From Gammaproteobacteria bacterium (GTDB lineage: Bacteria > Pseudomonadota > Gammaproteobacteria > SZUA-21), in assembly GCA_003233345.1 (NCBI GenBank), contig QILK01000073.1:6413-70412 (forward strand): a DNA stretch of 64,000 nucleotides, in the 5' to 3' direction. The position numbers were made by a program, and so were the translations under genes. Under the pieces are notes generated by a model that searched no databases, had not been told where the DNA came from, and saw only the letters and a program-made list of their open reading frames with translations. Shown piece by piece: positions 20,760-30,062 of the stretch (the stretch's first letter is position 1; the number at the start of each line of letters is the position of its first letter).

Positions 20760-23216
20760 ATGAAATCAGTCATAAGAATAGTATTGGCTTTTAGTATAAC
20801 GGTACTGGGTATCGTTAGTGGTCAAGCGCAAACTGTTACTGAAGAGTTTAACGTTTTAAAAACGCTGGAAGCACGCATTAATATTGCTGTCTCTGAATTT
20901 ACGATACATTTTAACCTGCCCGTAAACTACTTGGGTCATTCGCCAACAAAAGAAGGCAAACACATTATTATTCGTGTTGCCCCAATCGGTCGAAACCCCC
21001 GGGATGTAACCGGATTTACTTCAAGTACCGCTTTGAATAATCCAATGAGTTTTGGTGGAAGGGAAGTTTTGTCCTGGACCGCGACCAAAGAGCTGCCTTT
21101 AACGGAAGTGGAATATGAAGGCACCAATATTGGTGGACCGATTATTGAAGTCAGTTTCACGCGTAGTGTTAAATACAAAGTTGTCCCAAGTAAGGATTTG
21201 CGTAGTCTGACTATTCTGGTCGAAAACGAGAAGCAGGCAAAAAGCACATCTAAGCATAACTACTTGCTTAACCTGTCGACTTCGGGAAAACCCTTTGATG
21301 TTACCAGTTTGGACACTGGAAAATTTCCAGAAAACTATGTTTTTTTCCCTACCCATAGTGTAGTCGACAACAAGTCCGTCAATCACCTGAAAGTGGGGTT
21401 TTTTAAAACCCCAAGGGATATTCGTGAAGCCCTTAAAAAGTTAAAACCCTATTATCCAGATGCAAAGGTAATGTTATCAACGGATGAGGATATAAAGGTT
21501 GCAAAACAATACCAGCGAGATCAGAAGCTAATCGCTAAAACAACACCACTAAAAACCCCCGCCCCCGGAAAAGAATCACCGGCGATAGCAAGTAATTCGC
21601 GCGATATTATGGAAAAGGCAAAGTTTACTTTGCTAGAGGGCAATTATGATAAAGCAATTGAGCAATATACCGTCGTGATTCAAAAAGATCCGAATGGCCA
21701 ATATGCACAGGAAGCCCAGGAATACCTGGGATTAACCCGGCAGCGTAATAATCAGGTTGCCCATGCAATTGCAGAATACAAAAAATATTTGCAAAAATAT
21801 CCGCAAGGCGAGGGCGCCACGCGTGTTAAGCAGCGTCTTAATTCCTTATTAACCGCGTCACATGATCCGCGAGGGAAATTACCGGGGACTACGACGGAAG
21901 ATAAAAAATCACCTTGGCGGCTCTATGGAAATGTTTATGGTAATATCAGGTACGATAATTCTAAAACCGTTATCAAGGCTACTAATACTAAAATCAAAAA
22001 TCAGACGACCACTTATGTTACCAGTTTAAATGCGACTGCCAGAAAAAGAACAGAAAAAAGTGAGACAAAAATACGATTCACTGGTATATATCGAGATGCG
22101 GATGATGGTACAAATCGCAATAACAGAAGTGGACGCGTTAACTATTTTTATGTAGACCATAAAGATAAAGTGCGTAATTATGGTTACCGTATTGGTCGTC
22201 AGGCAAAAAGTAGCGGTGGCGTCTTGGGCCGTTTTGATGGCATATCGGTGGATTATAAAATTAGTTCGCGTTATAAGGTTAACTTCGTTTCTGGTTACCC
22301 CGTCAATTTTACCAAATTTGGACAAATTGAAACTAACCGTTATTTTTATGGTGTTAACACTGACATTTCCACCAAGAATAAATATTTGACTTTTAATGTA
22401 TTTGCTATCAATCAGGTTATTGATGGTATTAGTGATCGGGAGTCAATCGGTGGCGAGGTTCGCTATATGAACCCGAAGCACTCATTGTTTGCATTGGTTG
22501 ATTACGACCATTCTTATCAGGAATTAAATACTGTCTTCGTTTCCAATAACTGGCGCTTTAAAAATAAGGCGGTTGTTAATGTAACTTATGATTATAGAAG
22601 AAGCCCAGTATTAACAACTAGTAATGCGTTGCAAGGGCAGACGGAAGGATCAATAAAAGAGCTTTTACGTCGACTTAGCGAGAGCCAGATCAGACAGTTA
22701 GCCCGTGATCGTACGGCGACCTACAAATCGGTATCGGTGGGAGGCACTTATCCACTTGCCCATGACTTGTATCTAAACGGAAATGTTACGGTTGCTGAGC
22801 TCGAAGGTACAGTTGCGTCGGGTAATGTTGCGGCTGTTCCTGATAGTAGTCAAGAATATTTTTATTCACTACAATTAATAAAAAACAGTTGGTTAAAGGC
22901 CGGTGATGTATCAATATTTGGTATTCAGTTTGCTGATGCAACAACTTATCAGCGGACATCCTATTCGTATGGCATCCGCTATCCTCTAACACCCAGAATC
23001 CGAATTCGTCCAAAGTTTGAATATGATGTACAGGATATAAATGACGGCACTGAAGTCACTACCTACCGCCCCTCTTTACGTGTTGATTATCGTGCGAGCA
23101 ATAGATGGCGTTGGGAACTGGAAAGCGGCTATTCATATGCTGAAATCAGGAATTCTGCCAGTGACAGCGATCAGACCGATTACTTTATCAGTATGGGCTT
23201 TATTTATGATTTCTAA
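20760..23216 (+). CDS. Outer-membrane protein: N-terminal domain, TPR-like repeats, C-terminal beta-barrel (putative porin partner of the cytochromes)
   Basis: 818 aa with a signal peptide (MKSVIRIVLAFSITVLGIVSGQA). TPR-like helical repeats lie in residues about 290-370 (YDKAIEQYTVVIQKDPNGQYAQEAQEYLGLT...AIAEYKKYLQKYPQGEGAT). The C-terminal about 440 aa show alternating hydrophobic/polar amphipathic beta-strand periodicity and end in ...GFIYDF, the aromatic C-terminal residue used as a BAM signal. Confidence 0.7.
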   Translation: MKSVIRIVLAFSITVLGIVSGQAQTVTEEFNVLKTLEARINIAVSEFTIHFNLPVNYLGHSPTKEGKHIIIRVAPIGRNPRDVTGFTSSTALNNPMSFGGREVLSWTATKELPLTEVEYEGTNIGGPIIEVSFTRSVKYKVVPSKDLRSLTILVENEKQAKSTSKHNYLLNLSTSGKPFDVTSLDTGKFPENYVFFPTHSVVDNKSVNHLKVGFFKTPRDIREALKKLKPYYPDAKVMLSTDEDIKVAKQYQRDQKLIAKTTPLKTPAPGKESPAIASNSRDIMEKAKFTLLEGNYDKAIEQYTVVIQKDPNGQYAQEAQEYLGLTRQRNNQVAHAIAEYKKYLQKYPQGEGATRVKQRLNSLLTASHDPRGKLPGTTTEDKKSPWRLYGNVYGNIRYDNSKTVIKATNTKIKNQTTTYVTSLNATARKRTEKSETKIRFTGIYRDADDGTNRNNRSGRVNYFYVDHKDKVRNYGYRIGRQAKSSGGVLGRFDGISVDYKISSRYKVNFVSGYPVNFTKFGQIETNRYFYGVNTDISTKNKYLTFNVFAINQVIDGISDRESIGGEVRYMNPKHSLFALVDYDHSYQELNTVFVSNNWRFKNKAVVNVTYDYRRSPVLTTSNALQGQTEGSIKELLRRLSESQIRQLARDRTATYKSVSVGGTYPLAHDLYLNGNVTVAELEGTVASGNVAAVPDSSQEYFYSLQLIKNSWLKAGDVSIFGIQFADATTYQRTSYSYGIRYPLTPRIRIRPKFEYDVQDINDGTEVTTYRPSLRVDYRASNRWRWELESGYSYAEIRNSASDSDQTDYFISMGFIYDF

Positions 23217-23280
23217 ACATCCAATAATTGGCGCAAATCTGCGCTCGAGTTCGCATTTGTTACTGTAAAGGAATCCGACT

Positions 23281-23658
23281 TTGGCCGCTATAGTGTTTAC
23301 TCATCAACATTGTAGTAGATTCCCCATGCGTATAAATGATCTGTGTGAAGCGATAGAAACAACCAAATGGGATATTGCACTGGAAGCATTGCTGAATGAA
23401 ACCTTCAGTAAAAATCACAGGATTGATCTGGAAATCTTAAGTCAACTGTCAAAGCAATTTTCAATTCGATTTGAAGATTTGGTGGTAACCTTGTTTGAGC
23501 TTACTTTTTGTGAGCAATGGCAATATATGGATATAAACGGAACACCGCAAATGTTAAAACATCAGGATCTGGATAAACTTTATTTAAAAAGCCGGATCTA
23601 CTTAGCCAGCGCTAGCCATCTTACCGGCTATTGGCAACCGCTAGCGGATAAACGATAA
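23281..23658 (+). CDS. Hypothetical protein (125 aa; the start may be the internal Met at about 23326)
   Basis: ORF with no recognisable motifs. Confidence 0.35.
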   Translation: MAAIVFTHQHCSRFPMRINDLCEAIETTKWDIALEALLNETFSKNHRIDLEILSQLSKQFSIRFEDLVVTLFELTFCEQWQYMDINGTPQMLKHQDLDKLYLKSRIYLASASHLTGYWQPLADKR

Positions 23659-23764
23659 TTTTTTAGGGGTTTGCTAACTTTTTTGTTACGGCTAACAAAG
23701 CTGTTATTAGCTTATATAATTAGTAATAACAGAGTTGTTTTATAGCTGAAACAGGAAGAGTAAT

Positions 23765-24271
23765 ATGAGCGAAAAATATCAGGTAGTCTTTAAAGGCGAG
23801 CTGGTTGAAGGCTGTGACCTGGAAGAGACCAAAGTAAAAGTAGCTGCTTTGTTTAAAACGTCGGTCGATGCGATCGATAAACTGTTTTCCGGCTCCCGAG
23901 TCGTTATCAAGGACGACCTGGAAAAAAGTGTTGCTGATAAATATTATGCAGCGTTGTTTAAATGCGGTGCGCAATGCGAAGTTATTAATAAGTCTGAGCC
24001 AAGCGTTACCGCTATTGAAACCGATAAAACTGACAAGAGCGTTGCTGACACTGATTCGTTAGAGAAAGACTCTGATCTACTGGCCCCGCCAGGCGTTATC
24101 ATCATCAAGGGTGAAAAAATACCAAAACCTGTTATTGATACCAGCGCATTTTCGATGGCCGATGTCGGGGAAACGATTATCGAGGCACAAAAGGTGAAAG
24201 AGCCAGAAATAAATATCGAATCGTTGGAAATGGCGGAAATTGGGGCAGATTTACTGTCGTCGAAAGAATAA
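23765..24271 (+). CDS. Hypothetical acidic protein (168 aa)
   Basis: Clean ORF, strongly acidic (D/E-rich). No motif recognised. Confidence 0.45.
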   Translation: MSEKYQVVFKGELVEGCDLEETKVKVAALFKTSVDAIDKLFSGSRVVIKDDLEKSVADKYYAALFKCGAQCEVINKSEPSVTAIETDKTDKSVADTDSLEKDSDLLAPPGVIIIKGEKIPKPVIDTSAFSMADVGETIIEAQKVKEPEINIESLEMAEIGADLLSSKE

Positions 24272-24355
24272 CTAGTCTGTAGAATCTGATTTTTTCAATT
24301 GCCGCTACACTTGAAAATCAAAGCGCGATAAAATAGGGTTTTAATCGCCTTTAAA

Positions 24356-24721
24356 GTGTTAATTTATATGTATATCAAAAAACTGGGTCTCTGGCTGAAA
24401 TTAATTCCGGGCTATCTAAATACGCTACGAAAACTACTGTTTATAAGCGCAATCGTTATTATTGTCTTTCCAGCAGATGCAAATACAGAAATCAGTGTAG
24501 AAGGCTGGGGAATGTTTTCAACGTTAATGATTCCTATTTTTGCACCCATTACTTTTTTTGTTCTATTACTGGATACGATAATGGCAAAGATTGTAATGGG
24601 TGAATACGAAGGCAAGCAACAAGACAAATATAAATCGATCGTTATTCTCGACTTGATTTTAGCGGGTGGTATTTTTGTTGCATGGTATCCCTATTTTGCA
24701 ACTATCATGAGTAGCGGTTAA
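24356..24721 (+). CDS. Hypothetical small membrane protein (121 aa, about 3 TM helices)
   Basis: Hydrophobic helical segments; no motifs. Confidence 0.4.
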   Translation: MLIYMYIKKLGLWLKLIPGYLNTLRKLLFISAIVIIVFPADANTEISVEGWGMFSTLMIPIFAPITFFVLLLDTIMAKIVMGEYEGKQQDKYKSIVILDLILAGGIFVAWYPYFATIMSSG

Positions 24722-24742
24722 GCTTACCTAGACCCTATCAAT

Positions 24743-25510
24743 ATGAATTCAAAACTTATTATTTTGTGGTTAAGCCTGGTTTTTTCATCGTACAGCCATT
24801 CGCAGAATTTATCTAATTCAACGGTGCCCGTTGCTGATAGGCTTCCTTCGGTGTCTGTAAATGACACGTCTAAGAGCAAACTTAATAGCGTTAAAGATAC
24901 ACTTAGCCCGGCTCAGTCTTATCTCAGTTGGAAGGCAGCAGCAGAAAAGGGTGATACTAATTCTCAATATAATCTGGGTCTTGTTTATGAGCAAGGATTG
25001 GGTACAGCCGTTGATCTGCAACAAGCAGCACGTTGGTATAAAAAGGCATCCATGCAGGGACACGCTGTTGCAGCATATAATCTAGCCACAATGGCTCACC
25101 AGGGCCACGGAATGAAGGCAGATATAAAAATGGCGAAGCATTGGTACGAATTTGCTGCCAAAAAAGGCTATTTACTTGCTCAGGCCAGTCTCGGGTTTTT
25201 GTATGCAACAGAAAACACACCTTTTACCGATGTAAAGAAAGCGGTTTACTGGTTTAACAGAGCGGCCAAGCTCGGTCATCCAGAGGCTCAGTTTAATCTT
25301 GGTATGATGTATTCTACTGGCAGAGGAATAGAACTTGATTATATCAAAGCTTATGCTTGGTTCAATGTATCAGGATTTAACCGTTACAAAAATGCGATTG
25401 AAAGTCGAAATTTTGCGGCCGCCCGGCTTACTGTAAAGCAACTTGAATCAGCCCAGGCTCTATCGAATCACTATCGCGAACTCTACTTTAAGAAGCAAAC
25501 GCCTAAATAG
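24743..25510 (+). CDS. Secreted Sel1-repeat protein
   Basis: 255 aa with a signal peptide (LIILWLSLVFSSYSHS). About 5 Sel1 repeats (SQYNLGLVYEQGLGTAVDLQQAARWYKKA; AAYNLATMAHQGHGMKADIKMAKHWYEFAAKKG; AQFNLGMMYSTGRGIELDYIKAYAWFN). Confidence 0.75.
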   Translation: MNSKLIILWLSLVFSSYSHSQNLSNSTVPVADRLPSVSVNDTSKSKLNSVKDTLSPAQSYLSWKAAAEKGDTNSQYNLGLVYEQGLGTAVDLQQAARWYKKASMQGHAVAAYNLATMAHQGHGMKADIKMAKHWYEFAAKKGYLLAQASLGFLYATENTPFTDVKKAVYWFNRAAKLGHPEAQFNLGMMYSTGRGIELDYIKAYAWFNVSGFNRYKNAIESRNFAAARLTVKQLESAQALSNHYRELYFKKQTPK

Positions 25511-25636
25511 CACACCATTACTGCCTACCTAATAGTCAATCGCAGCCGACAATTTGTCAGCAAGCTGGAACCCCGATGGTCTTTTATATAGAATAACGAA
25601 TCGTGATCGGGGTTTAAAATACTAACGAGAAAATTT

Positions 25637-26551
25637 ATGGCATCTGCCGGATCAAAAAAAGTAATCATCGCAGCACTAATTGGCAACGCATTAGTCGCCT
25701 TTTCAAAGTTTATTGCCGCTACAATTACCGGTAGTTCGGCAATGTTTTCCGAAGGAATCCATTCTGTGGTTGATACTGGAAATCAAGCATTATTGCTCTT
25801 CGGTATTTCACGGGCAAAAAGACCACCGACGGAAGAATTTCCATTTGGTTATGGAAAAGAAATTTATTTCTGGAGTTTTGTGGTGGCGATGTTATTGTTT
25901 TCAGTGGGGGCCGGTCTTTCCATCTATGAAGGCATACATCGTATTTATGCTCCTACACCGATTACCAATCCAGTCGTTAATTACATTGTTCTGGGATTGG
26001 CGATTTGCTTTGAAGCGGTCGCATGGATTATGGCCTATAAGCAGTTTTCAAAAGAAAAAGGTTCCTGGAGTATTATAGAAGCGGTCAAACGTGAAAAAAA
26101 TCCAACGACATTTGTTGTGTTGTTTGAAGATACCGCAGCAATTATTGGATTATTGATCGCGTTACTGGGTGTTGCTTTAAGCAGTGTTACTGGAATGGCA
26201 ATCTTTGATGGGATAGCGTCGCTGGTCATCGGTTTGGTTTTAGGATTGACTGCATGGTGGTTAGCAATAGAAACCAAGGGATTGCTTATAGGTGAAAGTG
26301 CCAATAAGGAAGTTGTTGAGCAAATCAGAAAATTGGCACTGTCAAACGAAGGCATCACCCATGTCAATGAATTGTTAACTTTGCATATGGGTCCAGAGTA
26401 TGTGCTTGTGAATATTGCCGTTGATTTTAAGGATCATTTATCAGCAACGGAAATCGAAAGTACCGTAGCGTTATTGGATACAGCGATTAAGCGTAAGCAT
26501 CCGCGGGTAAAACGTGTCTTTATCGAAGCAGAATCCAGGTCAAAAAGGTAA
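25637..26551 (+). CDS. Cation diffusion facilitator family transporter
   Basis: 304 aa with six TM helices. A CDF signature lies in TM2 (HSVVDTGNQALLLFG) and a C-terminal cytoplasmic domain is present. Confidence 0.8.
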   Translation: MASAGSKKVIIAALIGNALVAFSKFIAATITGSSAMFSEGIHSVVDTGNQALLLFGISRAKRPPTEEFPFGYGKEIYFWSFVVAMLLFSVGAGLSIYEGIHRIYAPTPITNPVVNYIVLGLAICFEAVAWIMAYKQFSKEKGSWSIIEAVKREKNPTTFVVLFEDTAAIIGLLIALLGVALSSVTGMAIFDGIASLVIGLVLGLTAWWLAIETKGLLIGESANKEVVEQIRKLALSNEGITHVNELLTLHMGPEYVLVNIAVDFKDHLSATEIESTVALLDTAIKRKHPRVKRVFIEAESRSKR

Positions 26552-27030
26552 TGGTTAGCGTGCTATTTGTATGCCTGGGTAATATCTGTCGCTCTCCATC
26601 GGCAGAAGGCGCTTTTAGAAAAATTGTCGAAGATCGCAGCTGTGATGACTGGATTAATATAGATTCAGCAGGCACACATGCATATCATATAGGATCTGCA
26701 CCCGATAAGCGGGCTCAACAGGTTGCTAAAAAGCGCGGGATCAATATCGCAGGACTTCGCGGAAGACAAGTTGTCTCAGCAGACTTTGAGAAATTTGACT
26801 ATATTTTAGCGATGGATAATGAAAACTATCATAATTTATTAGCGATGTGCCCTGAGCATCTACACGGCGGTATATCAATGTTTCTCAGTTACACTAAAAA
26901 TAATAGCGGAATTTCTGAAGTACCTGATCCTTATTACGGTGGTACAGATGGATTTGAACAAGTATTAGATTTAGTAGAAGATGCATCAAGTGGTTTACTC
27001 GATAAAATAATAACACTGAAAAATAATTAA
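26551..27030 (+). CDS. Low-molecular-weight protein-tyrosine phosphatase / ArsC-like (C-X5-R P-loop)
   Basis: 159 aa; VLFVCLGNICRSPSAEG is the LMW-PTP P-loop. Its start overlaps the CDF stop (TAATG), which suggests translational coupling. Confidence 0.8.
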   Translation: MVSVLFVCLGNICRSPSAEGAFRKIVEDRSCDDWINIDSAGTHAYHIGSAPDKRAQQVAKKRGINIAGLRGRQVVSADFEKFDYILAMDNENYHNLLAMCPEHLHGGISMFLSYTKNNSGISEVPDPYYGGTDGFEQVLDLVEDASSGLLDKIITLKNN

Positions 27031-27154
27031 TTTTTTTTTAGTTTTAACGTTTTTTCGATTCAAATATTACTTAACATTTTTTATACTTCATAAAATAATA
27101 CTGAGAAACAACTAATATTATGACAATGAGGGTAAGCTGAATTACTTTTGTTTA

Positions 27155-27181
27155 CCCGGCGTTCGCTGCGCGAAGGCCGGG
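27155..27181 (+). terminator. GC-rich hairpin followed by a T-rich tract (possibly bidirectional; lies between convergent PTP and rne)
   Basis: cccggcgttcgctgcgcgaaggccggg forms a stem-loop of about 9 bp. It is followed on the plus strand by ttatctgttcttattttatttattt. Confidence 0.45.
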
Positions 27182-27200
27182 TTATCTGTTCTTATTTTAT

Positions 27201-30062
27201 TTATTTATCATCGCCGACCGGTTTTTTGACTGAATTCGAAGATGCGTTCTGGTCTTGAACGGCGCTTCTAAATCCCGGTACGGGTTTACTTGCTTTCTTT
27301 TCGCTGACAATATTTTTTACCTTATTATCGTCGCTAACAATGGCTTTTTCTGGCTGCTTTGCGATCTTATTTACCACTTCCGGCTTGCTTGCTTTTGCAC
27401 TATTGGCCGTTGTGGCTGTTTCTTTCACAGATGCACTGGCATTGCTAGTACCAGCGTTGTTTTTTACTGCCGATCTAAAACCAGAAACGGGTTTAGGCCT
27501 GGGTCTTGTCGCTGCATCAGATTGCTGTACTGGTTTTTTTTCAACAGGTGCGGATTTTTCAACCGGTTTTAGTTCTACCGGTTTGGGGTCTGCTTTTACT
27601 GCAACCGGTTTAGGCGTCGATGCCTGAGTTGTATTTTGCGATGACGTAGACGGAGAAACATTATTTTCGACAACTGTCGTACTCAATGGCTTCACCTTTT
27701 GGCCCCGATCAGCCGGTTTATTATTTGAATCATTTTCACCTTGTGTCGTATTGTTACCCTGATTGCGATTACCTCGTGCATCTTTTCTGTAATTACTACG
27801 TTGACGGTTATCTCTGTTCGGGTTGCGCTGCCTGTTAGTGGGTCTTGAATTATCATTAGTGGGCCTTGAATTACCATCAGCACGTTGATCGCTTGTTTCG
27901 TTTGACTTTGCTAGCGTATTAGCCTGGTTATCACTTTGTTGAGGCCTTTGGCTGGCAGTTTGCTGATCGTTACTATTCGCGTCACTAATATTATTTTGGT
28001 TACGATTATTCTGATTACGATTATTCTGGTTGCGACTATTCTGATTACGATTATCGCGTTGGCGGGTATTTTGTTGCGATCGCGATCGTGCCTGGCGATT
28101 CGAATTTTGGCTACGCCTGTTATTATTTTGCTGGGAATTATCAGACGGGCTAGTATTCTGGTTTTGGGCGGGTTGATTGCCACTATTTTGATTATCCGTT
28201 GCGTTGGCGTTTCTATTGCTATTACCCTGTGCATTTTGTGCATTTGAATCGCGATTGTTATTTCTGTTTCCAGGGCGACGATTTCCAGACCGGTTATTCT
28301 GGTTTCGGCGCGAGCTTGGACGCCGATTTGAATTTTTTCGCTTTGCTGGCGTCACAACCTTTTCACCAAACAATAAAATCCAGATTCGTTTGAACAGTCC
28401 AACCTGCGGACCGTTGCGAGACCGATTTTTGGCGGGTTTCGGTGCCACGGGTGGGGAGGGTGGTGACACAGTCGATACGGCGGCCCTGTCTTCTGTATAT
28501 TTTTGCAAACTAGAAACATTAGTATCGGGACTAGATTCATCTTCTTCCAGTTCCATTTGATAACTGGCTAATGCACCTTCCTCTGCCTGATCTTCTGCGC
28601 GCATTCTTTTTAGTTCAAAATGCGGCGTATCAAGACTGGGGTTGGGTATAAGCACGATGGAGATGTTTTGTCGGCTCTCAATATCATGAACCATATCGCG
28701 TTTTTCATTGAGTAAAAAAGTAGCCACTGACACGGGTAACTGGGCAATGATTCGGTGGGTGTTTTCTTTTATAGCGTCTTCTTCAATAATACGCAAAATG
28801 GATAGTGCCAGCGATTCGGTACCACGAATTTGTCCATGCCCACTGCAACGTGGACAGGAAATTTGTATGGATTCTCCGAGAGAAGAGCGTAGCCGTTGTC
28901 GGGACATTTCCAGCAGTCCGAAACGTGATATGCGGCCAACCTGAACACGGGCCCTGTCCATTTTCAGTGCCTCACGTAAGCGGTTTTCCACTTCACGCTG
29001 GTTTTTGTTCTGCAGCATATCGATAAAATCAATGACAATCAGGCCACCCAAATCCCGAAGACGAAGCTGGCGTGCAATTTCGTCTGCAGCCTCCAGGTTG
29101 GTATTCAGCGCGGTTTCTTCGATATCCGAGCCTTTTGTTGCTCGTGATGAGTTAATATCGATCGATACCAGTGCTTCCGTATGATCGATCACAATAGAGC
29201 CACCAGAATGCAGGCGGACCTGGCGGTTATAGGCGGATTCAATTTGGTTTTCAATCTGAAATCGATTGAAAAGCGGAACTTTCTCGTTAAAAGGTTTAAG
29301 CTTGTGCAGATTATGTGGCATGACCTGCTTGATAAAGTCAGAAGCCTGATTAAATAACTCAGTATTATCGATTATTATTTCACCAATATCATTACGCATT
29401 AAATCACGCAGTGTGCGAATAATGACGTTACTTTCCTGGTAAATTAAAAACGGTGCTGATTTTTCCTTAGAAGCAATTTCAATCGCATTCCAAAGATGAA
29501 CCAGATATTCCATATCCCATTGTAATTCTTCGACTGATCGGCCGACACCCGCCGTGCGAACAATGACACCCATATCCTGAGGAATTTCCAGCTGGCTTAG
29601 GGCCTCGCGTATTTCACTACGGTCGTCACCCTCGATACGGCGTGATACGCCGCCTGCACGTGGATTATTGGGCATGAGCACAAGAAAACGCCCAGCCAGG
29701 CTAACAAAGGTTGTTAATGCTGCACCTTTATTACCACGTTCTTCTTTTTCGACCTGAACGACTAGTTCCTGACCTTCTTTGATAGCATCTTTGATATTAA
29801 GACGCTGACCAGGTACAAATTCACTGAGAAAGTAACTTCGAGATATTTCTTTTAGCGGCAGAAAACCATGGCGCTCAGCACCATAGTCGACAAAAGCAGC
29901 TTCTAGACTGGGTTCAACGCGTGTTATTTTTCCTTTGTATACATTAGATTTTTTTTGCTCTCTTGACGGTGTTTCGATATCCAGGTCAATTAATCTTTGA
30001 CCATCCACAATTGCAACGCGCAACTCTTCGTGCTGAGTTGCGTTTACCAGCATTCTTTTCAT
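27201..30062 (-). CDS. rne: Ribonuclease E
   Basis: 953 aa. The N-terminal about 500 aa form the catalytic domain ([24 protein letters not shown]; S1 and DNase I-like subdomains; CPRCSGHG zinc link). The C-terminal half is an N/Q/R/S-rich low-complexity scaffold. Confidence 0.9.
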   Translation of the reverse strand: MKRMLVNATQHEELRVAIVDGQRLIDLDIETPSREQKKSNVYKGKITRVEPSLEAAFVDYGAERHGFLPLKEISRSYFLSEFVPGQRLNIKDAIKEGQELVVQVEKEERGNKGAALTTFVSLAGRFLVLMPNNPRAGGVSRRIEGDDRSEIREALSQLEIPQDMGVIVRTAGVGRSVEELQWDMEYLVHLWNAIEIASKEKSAPFLIYQESNVIIRTLRDLMRNDIGEIIIDNTELFNQASDFIKQVMPHNLHKLKPFNEKVPLFNRFQIENQIESAYNRQVRLHSGGSIVIDHTEALVSIDINSSRATKGSDIEETALNTNLEAADEIARQLRLRDLGGLIVIDFIDMLQNKNQREVENRLREALKMDRARVQVGRISRFGLLEMSRQRLRSSLGESIQISCPRCSGHGQIRGTESLALSILRIIEEDAIKENTHRIIAQLPVSVATFLLNEKRDMVHDIESRQNISIVLIPNPSLDTPHFELKRMRAEDQAEEGALASYQMELEEDESSPDTNVSSLQKYTEDRAAVSTVSPPSPPVAPKPAKNRSRNGPQVGLFKRIWILLFGEKVVTPAKRKNSNRRPSSRRNQNNRSGNRRPGNRNNNRDSNAQNAQGNSNRNANATDNQNSGNQPAQNQNTSPSDNSQQNNNRRSQNSNRQARSRSQQNTRQRDNRNQNSRNQNNRNQNNRNQNNISDANSNDQQTASQRPQQSDNQANTLAKSNETSDQRADGNSRPTNDNSRPTNRQRNPNRDNRQRSNYRKDARGNRNQGNNTTQGENDSNNKPADRGQKVKPLSTTVVENNVSPSTSSQNTTQASTPKPVAVKADPKPVELKPVEKSAPVEKKPVQQSDAATRPRPKPVSGFRSAVKNNAGTSNASASVKETATTANSAKASKPEVVNKIAKQPEKAIVSDDNKVKNIVSEKKASKPVPGFRSAVQDQNASSNSVKKPVGDDK
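27998..28057. repeat. 4 x 15-bp tandem repeat inside the rne scaffold region (encodes NRNQN repeats on the minus strand)
   Basis: ggttacgattattct / gattacgattattct / ggttgcgactattct / gattacgattatcgc. Confidence 0.7.

Noticed and set aside
27998-28057. Tandem 15-bp repeats considered as a possible CRISPR or VNTR locus
   Set aside because: There is no spacer/repeat alternation of CRISPR dimensions. The repeats lie in-frame within rne and encode NRNQN peptide repeats, so they were kept only as a coding repeat.
27255-28560. Cluster of plus-strand ORFs (27255-27572, 27340-27627, 27936-28247, 28204-28560) antisense to rne
   Set aside because: They are produced by the low-complexity repeat region of the RNase E scaffold. 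Their repetitive I/L/T or F/R-rich compositions are typical of antisense artefacts.
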